DNA from: an uncultured Bacilli bacterium
Lineage (GTDB): Bacteria; Bacillota_I; Bacilli_A; RFN20; CAG-288
Direction: 5' to 3'
Length of the DNA stretch: 64,000 bases
Assembly (NCBI GenBank): GCA_944371605.1
Contig: CALVXU010000015.1
Location: forward strand, 9,686-73,685
Part shown: in pieces, positions 31,901 to 39,177 of the stretch
How positions within the stretch are numbered: the stretch's first letter is position 1
Layout of the letters: each line of letters opens with the position of its first letter
Notes under the pieces: model-generated
Database searches by the model: none
Told to the model about the DNA's origin: nothing
The model's input: the letters and a program-made list of their open reading frames with translations, nothing else
Program-made: the position numbers and the translations under genes

Positions 31901-34409
31901 AGATAAACTCATTATTAGATATTAATATATTTTCTTTTTTAAAGTTGTTTATCACTAATCCATGAAGCCTAAGTTCATTTAAAAAATGAGCTAATTCTTT
32001 AGCATATCCACCTTCATATTTTTTAAAATTAATAATCGTGTCATAAGAACAATACGCATAATCTAGTGCATCATTGAACCTTATATTCTTAGGAAGCTCA
32101 GTGATATCATTTAGTTTGCTAATTATTGATTTGAAAAAGTTCAAATTATCTTTTTTAAAAAACACTTTATATGTTCTATTAGTGGAACTATAAACGGCTC
32201 CTTCTAATCCATACCCAAGTAAAATAGGATTATCACAGCCACATTTATTACTAAGAAAGTTTTGTATCTTTTCTAATTCGTCTTTTTTCTCATCTAAAGC
32301 GATATATGATCTCAATTCCTCAAAACCAGTATTAACAAATGAAATATCACTTAGTTCTTTTATTTTTCTTATAAAATTATAAACAAGTTCATCATTTTCT
32401 AAGTGCTTAAAACCTTCTTCATTTAGTATTTCTAGTAAGCCAATAACTCTAAAGTAACTAATAGCAAATTTAATTGTTCTATTCTTTATTGATTTAATAA
32501 ATTCAGAATAAAAATTCGTTCTTGATAAAAAATCCTCTTTTGTAATAGCTGATATCATTGAATAACCTAAAATATCTAGGGCTTCTTTTTTAATTTCTTT
32601 ATCTAAATCAAAGTCATAAGTAAATCTATTTTGAAACAAACTAAAAGTTGAGCCTATTATTTTATATCCTTTTTTCTTAGCTAAAATTATCCAAAGACTA
32701 TCTCCACGTCTTGAAATACAATCATTAATCTTTATTGAAAAATTAGGAACAAGAAGTAAATTTCTATTTAAGAAAAGTGTATTTCCACCCCTTCTAATAG
32801 GTTTAAAATCGCTAATGGGACATTCAAATAACGGTCTACTAACTGCTTTGCCACCTAAAACATCTTTTAAAGAACAATTTTCAATTAATGGAAATGGAGT
32901 TTCGTTACATGTATTTCCTTCATTTGAAAATGAATAATAATAGTCTTTTTTGTAGTAAAGTTGTTCTTGCGATAGTTTGTTTTTACCAAGCTTTTTTGAA
33001 TAAACATAATCTAATAAAGTGTTTCTTATAGTAGATAAAGCAGGTATTGGTGCATCTCCTGAATAGCTTCCAACAACTGCATCAGCCTTATTAAAATAAC
33101 TAGAAACAAATCCTTTTATATCAGCTTTCTTAATCTTAAATTTACCATTTTCTCTATAAATAGAAGATAATTGCATATCTTCATCTAAAACATAAACAAT
33201 GTCGCCATTTTGAGTATTTTTATATGCAAAATATTGAAGAATACTTCTAGCAACAGATATCTCATTTACCATTCCTTTTTTAGGAAAATTATCAGAAACG
33301 AATTTATCAAAATAATTAGTTTCTACAAGCTTTTTTGCTTTTTTTAATGATAATATAGAAAATTCAATGCCTGTTTCACTTAAAATATTGTTTATTTCAT
33401 CTAAGTCAGAACCTCTTTCAAAATTAGCAAAGACAATTATCTTTTTACTTGGATAATCTGCTTCACAAATATCATTAATTAGTCTTTTTGCATAATTAAT
33501 ATCCGTTGTAATAAATGAAAAACATAATCTTGGAAAATAATCTAAATATGTATATTTAATATTACTATCTAATTCATTAAAACTTGTGTTTTTTTCTAAC
33601 AAATTTAAAAGCTCTGCTTCATTTGTTATACCTGACAAAAGTTTAACTCTGTTGAAAAATGCTCTCTTAACATCATCAATCATAAGAGAACCGTATTTAT
33701 AATAAAATTTAGCCAAAGATATCTTTTTGCTTTCTTTATTATTTGTTAACCTTTCTCTTGAGTTTGATGCATCAATTTCAACTAAATATTTATCTACTAC
33801 GCTTATGTTTGGGTTAAGCATTAATAGTCTAGTAAATAAATCACGATCAGTAGTTGAATCCATATTCTCATCAAAGCATCCAGCTTTCAGCAATATCGAA
33901 AATTTAACAAAAGTGTTAGAACCTTGAATATGTGGATTACCTTTTAGAAAAGAATAAATGCTCAATTCATGAGGGATAGTAAGCTGAAAACATTTCTCAT
34001 CAGTATGATAGTTTAAGCCACATACAACAATATCAGTTTTGTTAGTCTTTGAATTCCAACATTCTCTTAAATAGTCTTTATGCCAAATATCATCATCATC
34101 TAAAAATGCAATAAATAGATTATTTAGATTATATTGATTATCAAAAGCATATTTAGCAAAAACTTCTTCTATAGCCGAATTTAAATTACCAGCATAATTA
34201 TGAGAGTATTTATCTTTTAAAAAATGAAAACCAAATTTAGAGCAAAGAGTTCTTTCAATACTTTCATTCTCATTAGAAGAATCACTAGCGACAAAAACAT
34301 CTAATGGTTTTTTTGTTTGTAATGATATAGATTCTAATGCATTGTTTAAAAGCTCGACTCTGTTCTTAGTAGCAACAACAACAATAATCCCTTCTTTTTC
34401 GGTTAGCAT
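28986..34409 (-). CDS. 1807-aa multidomain protein: GT-A glycosyltransferases, kinase-like domain, class I methyltransferase, C-terminal LOG/TIGR00725-like domain
   Basis: The N-terminal GT2 has IIVVVATKNRVELLNNALESISLQT...FLDDDDIW. A second GT-A-like region has IVYVLDEDMQ. The kinase-like block is at about nt 31800-32260 (LLGYGLEGAVYSS, YKVFFKK, HGLVINNFKKENILI, YVDLGRD). The SAM methyltransferase motif I is VLDYGAGKCRIA (about nt 31613-31640). A further GT2 has VVVFIRGRN...IVYIDDNS...NIDSDDAL (about nt 29700-30275). The LOG-like domain has VAVIGDGS...TGGLGGVMEA...VVIGGGAGTLSEMAMAW (about nt 28989-29560). Confidence 0.7.
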   Translation of the reverse strand: MLTEKEGIIVVVATKNRVELLNNALESISLQTKKPLDVFVASDSSNENESIERTLCSKFGFHFLKDKYSHNYAGNLNSAIEEVFAKYAFDNQYNLNNLFIAFLDDDDIWHKDYLRECWNSKTNKTDIVVCGLNYHTDEKCFQLTIPHELSIYSFLKGNPHIQGSNTFVKFSILLKAGCFDENMDSTTDRDLFTRLLMLNPNISVVDKYLVEIDASNSRERLTNNKESKKISLAKFYYKYGSLMIDDVKRAFFNRVKLLSGITNEAELLNLLEKNTSFNELDSNIKYTYLDYFPRLCFSFITTDINYAKRLINDICEADYPSKKIIVFANFERGSDLDEINNILSETGIEFSILSLKKAKKLVETNYFDKFVSDNFPKKGMVNEISVARSILQYFAYKNTQNGDIVYVLDEDMQLSSIYRENGKFKIKKADIKGFVSSYFNKADAVVGSYSGDAPIPALSTIRNTLLDYVYSKKLGKNKLSQEQLYYKKDYYYSFSNEGNTCNETPFPLIENCSLKDVLGGKAVSRPLFECPISDFKPIRRGGNTLFLNRNLLLVPNFSIKINDCISRRGDSLWIILAKKKGYKIIGSTFSLFQNRFTYDFDLDKEIKKEALDILGYSMISAITKEDFLSRTNFYSEFIKSIKNRTIKFAISYFRVIGLLEILNEEGFKHLENDELVYNFIRKIKELSDISFVNTGFEELRSYIALDEKKDELEKIQNFLSNKCGCDNPILLGYGLEGAVYSSTNRTYKVFFKKDNLNFFKSIISKLNDITELPKNIRFNDALDYAYCSYDTIINFKKYEGGYAKELAHFLNELRLHGLVINNFKKENILISNNEFIYVDLGRDIVSYSEKDYKKSVERCYQMIKFSNLNKHQFRILISKSYQEENKAFNYALDVFYDLINDKRKEQTHDPIILSLINSHHPSSVLDYGAGKCRIANAIADKFNTYVFDIDKKTINERASNKVTVIDDINNVERIFDFVNCNKVLCCTDNKTNDFILSKINQLVLNDGRFILSICNPFFDNVNHTVTSIKNYDGKYEKSSLYKKVTIYGKREEYHRPLAYYERLLNKYGFNIEAVYEDKGIDTSSLSFIGEHLIFDCYKSNKNILTDCTLIVKANSMEANTIYDNVKHIVSQLERKDVFAERILTIDIENVKRVRRYDEDNIEKFKAEISRLKDDGYIDRVVSLDLPKDYLLYKKYFSLKSIDAHSVNGQNLLAILNGFESCKTRYAFQTDSDIIYFNDGKESLSEALNILKKNNALTLSLSIAHNRNGSPILSNRTEVRSSFIDLKRLSTKLPLDNELIDGVLKDSWNRALDKSLNKVESLRLISNHLFFIHPENETKKVKNFISIVRRQVENRFVPLIQLDNVNLCESYQWIPQTTKEVVVFIRGRNTPTIKLKRLFDSLEMQSFSNFQIVYIDDNSTNISSSEYIRMLATYSPIWKDKIIYIKNETRVGSLANFEFFYKHICINPKSIIINIDSDDALIRNDALSIIKEKFDSGNDVTIGNCFRLDKPLKKYDLVSFKNSWERNGDNIWLRPKCFRRYLCEFIQDNLMKDSQYIDIRTDYAMMLPIIEHAYSPAFIKEQIYLFDLPDESKNKLGIYKDNFQQKMQKWLLSRAEILSQYPTVAVIGDGSVLDNSTKYKTAFELGKKLAELGYNIQTGGLGGVMEAVFKGARSSPKYRKGSTIAIIPSTNTEEANNFADVVVPTGLDLLRNGLVVDANAVVVIGGGAGTLSEMAMAWQKYKLIIAFNNVDGYGKKLAGRKLDDRIRYPAILEDCIYSANNVDEVINLLSKYLNLYTKKYHGIKWRKK

Positions 34410-34563
34410 AATAAAACCTCTAGCTTGATAAGTGTAGAATAATAATGTACTTATTCACCTCTACTTAAAAATAGAGCAAAATAACACGCCGTTTTGCCCT
34501 AAATAAAAATCATAATTTTGTCCTAATCATTATCACAAAGTAACAAAATTCCACCTACTAAGC

Positions 34564-34716
34564 TTACAAAACTTTAAAACCAACACTAAGAGTTTTCTCA
34601 CCTTTATAAGCTTTATACACGCTTACTGTCATCGGAATACACCAACATAATGGAATAAGTAACCATCCCATTCCAATAGTACATAACAAGCATAAAATAA
34701 ATGCTGCTAATTTCAT
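34564..34716 (-). CDS. 50-aa small membrane protein (unannotated, below the track threshold)
   Basis: ATG at 34716 lies 7 nt after GGGAGAG. It translates to MKLAAFILCLLCTIGMGWLLIPLCWCIPMTVSVYKAYKGEKTLSVGFKVL. It sits directly downstream of the G8-containing promoter and upstream of the giant gene on the same strand. Confidence 0.5.
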   Translation of the reverse strand: MKLAAFILCLLCTIGMGWLLIPLCWCIPMTVSVYKAYKGEKTLSVGFKVL

Positions 34717-34751
34717 TGTTTCAACTCTCCCTATAAATAAAATTCGTTTTT

Positions 34752-34778
34752 ATTTTACCCCCCCCTAGGAAAAGTCAA
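34752..34778 (-). promoter_or_regulatory. Sigma-70-type promoter with a G8 homopolymer in the spacer
   Basis: The minus strand reads TTGACT (34778-34773), tttcctaGGGGGGGG as a 15-nt spacer, then TAAAAT (34757-34752). The ATG at 34716 lies 35 nt downstream of the -10. Confidence 0.5.
34758..34765 (-). repeat. G8 (C8 on the plus strand) homopolymer in an intergenic promoter spacer
   Basis: Direct reading gives attttaCCCCCCCCtagga at 34758-34765. Confidence 0.9.
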
Positions 34779-35083
34779 GAGTTTTCGATGATCATAGCAC
34801 TATTTCGTCATCATCTTATAGTCAAGTTTATATCTAGTAAACGTTGCATAGCCAATAATAGTAGCTGCTATATCGTTTATTCTTTTTAAGCTATAATTCT
34901 GTTTTGATAGTTGAATACTAATAAATATTCTAATAATAAAAGCAATAAAAAATTCGTATTTATTAGAGACGTTCAAAAACACTTATATCATTTAAATAAC
35001 ATCAATAATTAGATAAGTCTACTCTTTCATCTTTAGGCAGATACAAGACGTAATCTTACAAAGTGCCAATTTATCATATAAAT

Positions 35084-35114
35084 AAAAAGTCTGAGCACTA
35101 TTTGAGTGTCAGAC
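35084..35114 (-). terminator. Rho-independent terminator after rpoC and tRNA-Gly
   Basis: The minus strand reads GTCTGACAC-tcaaata-GTGCTCAGAC (9 bp with one bulge) followed by TTTTTATTTAT. Confidence 0.6.
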
Positions 35115-35129
35115 ATGTTTTTGTAAACA

Positions 35130-35200
35130 AGCAGCCAACGGGAATCGAACCCGCATATACAGCTTGGGAAGCTATCGTTCTACCACTGAACTATGGCTGC
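35130..35200 (-). tRNA. tRNA-Gly (CCC anticodon)
   Basis: The reverse complement GCAGCCATAGTTCAGTGGTAGAACGATAGCTTCCCAAGCTGTATATGCGGGTTCGATTCCCGTTGGCTGCT folds as a cloverleaf. Acceptor is GCAGCCA/TGGCTGC, D stem GTTC/GAAC, anticodon stem ATAGC/GCTGT, loop TTCCCAA, T stem GCGGG/CCCGT with loop TTCGATT. The discriminator U is typical of bacterial Gly. No CCA is encoded. Confidence 0.8.
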
Positions 35201-35238
35201 AAGAAGGGCTATAGCCTAATGGCTATAACCCATATGTT

Positions 35239-38200
35239 TTACTTAAAGAGCTGATTGACGTCTTTTTCTTCCTCTGGCTCATCAAAACCGGGAAGAGGAA
35301 CGATACCAGTACCAGCCGGAATAAGCTTACCGATCATAACGTTTTCTTTCAAGCCCTTGAGATAATCAACCTTTCCTTTGATAGCAGCGTCGGTGAGAAC
35401 ACGAGTGGTCTCCTGGAAGGAAGCAGAGCTTAAGAAACTCTCAGTATCTAAAGCAGCTTTAGTGATGCCCATGACGATCGGACGTCCGACAGCAGGATTA
35501 CCAGCGTGAGCTAAGATCTTTCTATTCTTCTCAGTGAATTCGATCAAAGAAACCTTTTGGCCAGGAAGCATATCAGTATTGCCAGAGTTGATGATCAATA
35601 AGCGATTAGTCATCTGTTTGACGATGATCTCAAGATGCTTATCAGCGATTGAGATACCGTTAGAAGAATACACAGCCTCAACTTCTTTGATCAAATAGTT
35701 TCTGACAGTAGCTAAGTCTGTGCAATCTAACAAGTCTTTCGGGTTGATATGGCCCTTAGTTAAGGCTTGACCAGCACGAACTTCTTGGCCTTCAGTGACA
35801 GCAGGAACGGAGTTCGGATAAGAAGTAAAAGTCTTTTCTTCTAATTCATTAGTGATGACAAAGACATGTCTTAATCCTTGTTCAGTTATCTTGCTGACGA
35901 CACCTCTAATAGTGGTGATCAAAGCTAAGTCTTTTGCCTTAGGATTTCTGACTTCCAAAAGCTCTTGGACACGTGGTAAACCGGTAGTGATATCTTTCTG
36001 ACCAGCAACACCACCAGTGTGGAAGTTCTTCAAAGTGAGCTGAGTACCAGGTTCACCGATAGATTGAGCAGCCATGATACCGACAGTATCACCGATAGTA
36101 GCGAGCTTGCCAGTAGCCAAATTACGGCCGTAGCAATGGACACAAACACCATCAGTAGATTCACAGGTGAGAACCGAACGAATCTCAACTTCAGTGATGC
36201 CAGCTTTGATGATCTTGCTAGCGATATCTTCATCGATGAGTTTGTTGCCTTCGATGATGACTTCACCAGTCTGCGGATCGATGACATCTCTCATGGAGAA
36301 ACGTCCGACTAAACGATCATACAAGGATGCGATGAGCTCATTATTGTCATCGCGTAATTCCTTAACGATGATTCCTCTATCACAATGGCAATCTTCTTCA
36401 CGGATGACCATGTTGTGAGAAACATCGACTAATCTTCTAGTCAAATAGCCAGAATCAGCAGTCTTCAAAGCAGTATCTGAACCATTCTTTCTCGTACCAT
36501 GAGTAGAAGTGAAGTATTCCGAGACAGAAAGACCATCAGCATAGCAAGAAGTGACAGGAACTTCGATAGCTCTACCAGTAGAGTCAAGCATACATCCTTT
36601 CATACCGATGAGCTGCATATAGTTATCTTTCGAGCCTCTAGCACCTGATTCCATCATCATAAACATCGGGTTTCTAGGAGCGGATTTCATACGTGAAGCT
36701 AAGAGATCGGCAATAGGTCCATCTTTTAACTTGTTCCAATAGTCGATAACGGCATTATGTCTTTCTTCTTCAGTATAGAAACCTAATTCGAAGTCATTAG
36801 AAATTTGAGCAATTCTTTGACGGCCTTGCTCGTAGAGCTTGTTTCGGCCATCCAAAGGTTTCATATCATCTAATGAGATAGTCAAACCAGATTTAGTACA
36901 GTAGTCGAATCCTTGGTTCTTGAAGAGATCCATGATATGAGCGGTTTCGACAGCTCCGTACTTACGGAAGACGAAATCCATCATGGTTTGGATGCCCTTC
37001 TTATCGATAGGTGAACGCAAAGGTCTAGTATGAGCATATTCTTTCATCGGATCGAAATCATCACCTTCGTGGAATTTACCAGAAGCGATGCAAGCATCAT
37101 AAGCTTGCTTGACAGTGACAAAGAAAGAATCTGGAGTTTTGACAAAATTATCTGAATATTCTTTCTTAGCGTTTTTATCGCCGATGATAGAGAAATTGAT
37201 ATATGGGAAATCTGAAGGGAAGATAGAGTTGAAAATCAACTTACCGACAGTCGTGAACAGATACGCTTTCTCTTGTTCAGGAGTTAAGCATGTCTTGCCT
37301 AAAGATCTTCCAGGAACATAAATTCTGGTTCTCAAAGACAATAATCCATTTTGATAAGCGAGGATAGCAGTGTTAGGATCAGAAAACACTTTTCCTTCAT
37401 ATTTCTTATAGCTGCGGAATTTCTCAGCCATCTCAAAATCATTGCGCTTTTCATAATAGGTGGCATACATCTCATCGATGCTCCAGTTGTCCTCAAGAGT
37501 CAAGTAATAGTTACCGAAGATCATATCTTGTGAAGGAACACAGATCGGTTTACCATCAGAAGGCTTCAAGATGTTACGATTAGCTAACATCAAAGACATG
37601 GCTTCAGCCTGCGCCTGACGAGAAAGCGGCACGTGAACAGCCATCTGGTCACCATCAAAGTCCGCATTAAAACCAGGGCAAACTAATGGGTGTAAGCGGA
37701 TAGCTTTACCATCGATAAGAATCGGACGGAAAGCTTGAATACCTAAGCGGTGCAAAGTAGGAGCACGGTTTAACAAAACCGGATGATTTTTGGCGATGAC
37801 ATCGATAGCATCATAAACACGAGGATCTTCTCTAGCGATGAGTTCATCGGCTTGGCGTTGAGAAGTGACACCCGAGTCTTTATCGGTGAGCAAATAATGA
37901 GCGATGAAAGGACGGAAGAGTTGAACAGCCATCTCACGAGGCAAACCGCACTCATCCATATTGAGCTCAGGGCCGACAGCGATGACAGAACGACCAGAAT
38001 AGTCGACTCTCTTACCTAAAAGGTTTTGATGGAAACGACCTTGTTTACCTTTTAATGTAGAAGATAAAGATTTAAGAACGTTACCAGAAGAAGAAGCAGA
38101 AGGCTTATTACGACGATCATTATCAATCAATGCATCGACAGCTTCTTGAAGCATACGTTTTTCATTGATCATGATGACGTTAGGAGCATGCTCCTCTTGT

Positions 38201-39162
38201 TCACGTTTCAAACGATTATTCTTGATGATGACTTGACGATATAAATCGTTCAAATCAGAAGTGGCATATCTACCACCATCGAGTTGCATCATCGGACGTA
38301 AATCCGGTGGGATGACAGGTAAAACAGTCAAAACCATCCATTCGGGTTTGATATTGGAATTCTTAAAAGATTCCAAAACCTCTAAACGTTTGATGGCTTT
38401 GATTCTCTTTTGATTCTTATCACCGCTAGATTCTTTCAAATCAGCAGTGACATCTTTGATTTCTTTATCAAGATCGATTTCTTTCAAAAGTTTCAAAACT
38501 GCTTCAGCACCAATTCCAAAACTAGCGCCTAAATAACGGCTGACAAATTTTGAAATAGTGAAGAAGTCAAAAGGTTGATTACGCTTTTTACTCAAGGCGA
38601 TGAAGGTCTGGGCTTTGACATAATCAGACTCGCCTTCTTGTACTAAGCCAGCTTCCAAAATTTCTTTTTCAATGACAGAAGATAACACTTCACGGCCAGC
38701 TTTTTCATCTAAAACTTGGCGATAGGTCAAAATCTTGGAAATACCAGGATTGGTGACGATATGGGAAACGAAGTAGACGACTTCTTCTAATTGTTTAGGA
38801 GCGATGCCTAAAACCAATCCCATCTTCGAAGGAGCGCCTTTGACATACCAAATATGAGTGCATGGAAAAGCTAAGTTGATATAGCCCATTCGTTCACGTC
38901 TAACAGCTTTCATCGTCACTTCCACACCGCATTTTTCACAGACTTTACCGATGTAAGAAGCTTTCTTATAGCGTCCGCAATGACATTCATAGTCTTTGAC
39001 AGGACCAAAAATCTTTTCGCAGAAAAGGCCATCTGGTTCAGGTTTTTGAGAACGATAGTTGATGGTTTCAGGCTTAGTGACTTCTCCTCGGCCCCAAGAA
39101 CGAATCTCTTCTGGGCTAGCTAATCCGATTTTAATGGATTTTAATTTATTGAGATCAAACAT
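35239..39162 (-). CDS. rpoC: DNA-directed RNA polymerase subunit beta'
   Basis: 1307 aa with NADFDGDQMAVHVPL (catalytic Mg site), the zinc-binding CHCGRYKK...CEKCGVEV, and an overall collinear beta' sequence. Confidence 0.98.
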   Translation of the reverse strand: MFDLNKLKSIKIGLASPEEIRSWGRGEVTKPETINYRSQKPEPDGLFCEKIFGPVKDYECHCGRYKKASYIGKVCEKCGVEVTMKAVRRERMGYINLAFPCTHIWYVKGAPSKMGLVLGIAPKQLEEVVYFVSHIVTNPGISKILTYRQVLDEKAGREVLSSVIEKEILEAGLVQEGESDYVKAQTFIALSKKRNQPFDFFTISKFVSRYLGASFGIGAEAVLKLLKEIDLDKEIKDVTADLKESSGDKNQKRIKAIKRLEVLESFKNSNIKPEWMVLTVLPVIPPDLRPMMQLDGGRYATSDLNDLYRQVIIKNNRLKREQEEHAPNVIMINEKRMLQEAVDALIDNDRRNKPSASSSGNVLKSLSSTLKGKQGRFHQNLLGKRVDYSGRSVIAVGPELNMDECGLPREMAVQLFRPFIAHYLLTDKDSGVTSQRQADELIAREDPRVYDAIDVIAKNHPVLLNRAPTLHRLGIQAFRPILIDGKAIRLHPLVCPGFNADFDGDQMAVHVPLSRQAQAEAMSLMLANRNILKPSDGKPICVPSQDMIFGNYYLTLEDNWSIDEMYATYYEKRNDFEMAEKFRSYKKYEGKVFSDPNTAILAYQNGLLSLRTRIYVPGRSLGKTCLTPEQEKAYLFTTVGKLIFNSIFPSDFPYINFSIIGDKNAKKEYSDNFVKTPDSFFVTVKQAYDACIASGKFHEGDDFDPMKEYAHTRPLRSPIDKKGIQTMMDFVFRKYGAVETAHIMDLFKNQGFDYCTKSGLTISLDDMKPLDGRNKLYEQGRQRIAQISNDFELGFYTEEERHNAVIDYWNKLKDGPIADLLASRMKSAPRNPMFMMMESGARGSKDNYMQLIGMKGCMLDSTGRAIEVPVTSCYADGLSVSEYFTSTHGTRKNGSDTALKTADSGYLTRRLVDVSHNMVIREEDCHCDRGIIVKELRDDNNELIASLYDRLVGRFSMRDVIDPQTGEVIIEGNKLIDEDIASKIIKAGITEVEIRSVLTCESTDGVCVHCYGRNLATGKLATIGDTVGIMAAQSIGEPGTQLTLKNFHTGGVAGQKDITTGLPRVQELLEVRNPKAKDLALITTIRGVVSKITEQGLRHVFVITNELEEKTFTSYPNSVPAVTEGQEVRAGQALTKGHINPKDLLDCTDLATVRNYLIKEVEAVYSSNGISIADKHLEIIVKQMTNRLLIINSGNTDMLPGQKVSLIEFTEKNRKILAHAGNPAVGRPIVMGITKAALDTESFLSSASFQETTRVLTDAAIKGKVDYLKGLKENVMIGKLIPAGTGIVPLPGFDEPEEEKDVNQLFK

Positions 39163-39177
39163 TCTATCCTGACCTCC

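Noticed and set aside
34800-34982. 60-aa minus-strand ORF upstream of the G8 promoter
   Set aside because: It has a GTG start with no SD, Ile/Phe-rich composition typical of random AT-rich sequence, and no recognisable motif. It cannot be supported.
35063-35254. 63-aa plus-strand ORF
   Set aside because: It runs straight through the tRNA-Gly gene (35130-35200) and the terminator hairpin, so it is an artefact.
36019-36418. Several ORFs of 60-140 aa in the track lie antisense to, or out of frame within, long well-supported genes. Examples: 2019-2204, 5282-5476, 12905-13090, 14236-14418, 18025-18243, 19468-19680, 20330-20557, 21660-21962, 22849-23052, 23191-23460, 23672-24043, 24758-25180, 25132-25323, the set inside 26813-28209, 28718-29005, 29101-29445, 31435-31632, 33727-33927, 36019-38019, 42022-42270, 43123-43536, 43247-43435, 43726-43935, 44720-44905, 45009-45248, 45622-45890, 46612-47068, 49716-49919, 52649-52855, 56196-57040, 58127-59005, 60139-60597.
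   Set aside because: Each is fully embedded in a larger ORF with recognisable conserved motifs or operon logic. They have low-complexity or odd composition and no SD, so they are typical shadow ORFs.
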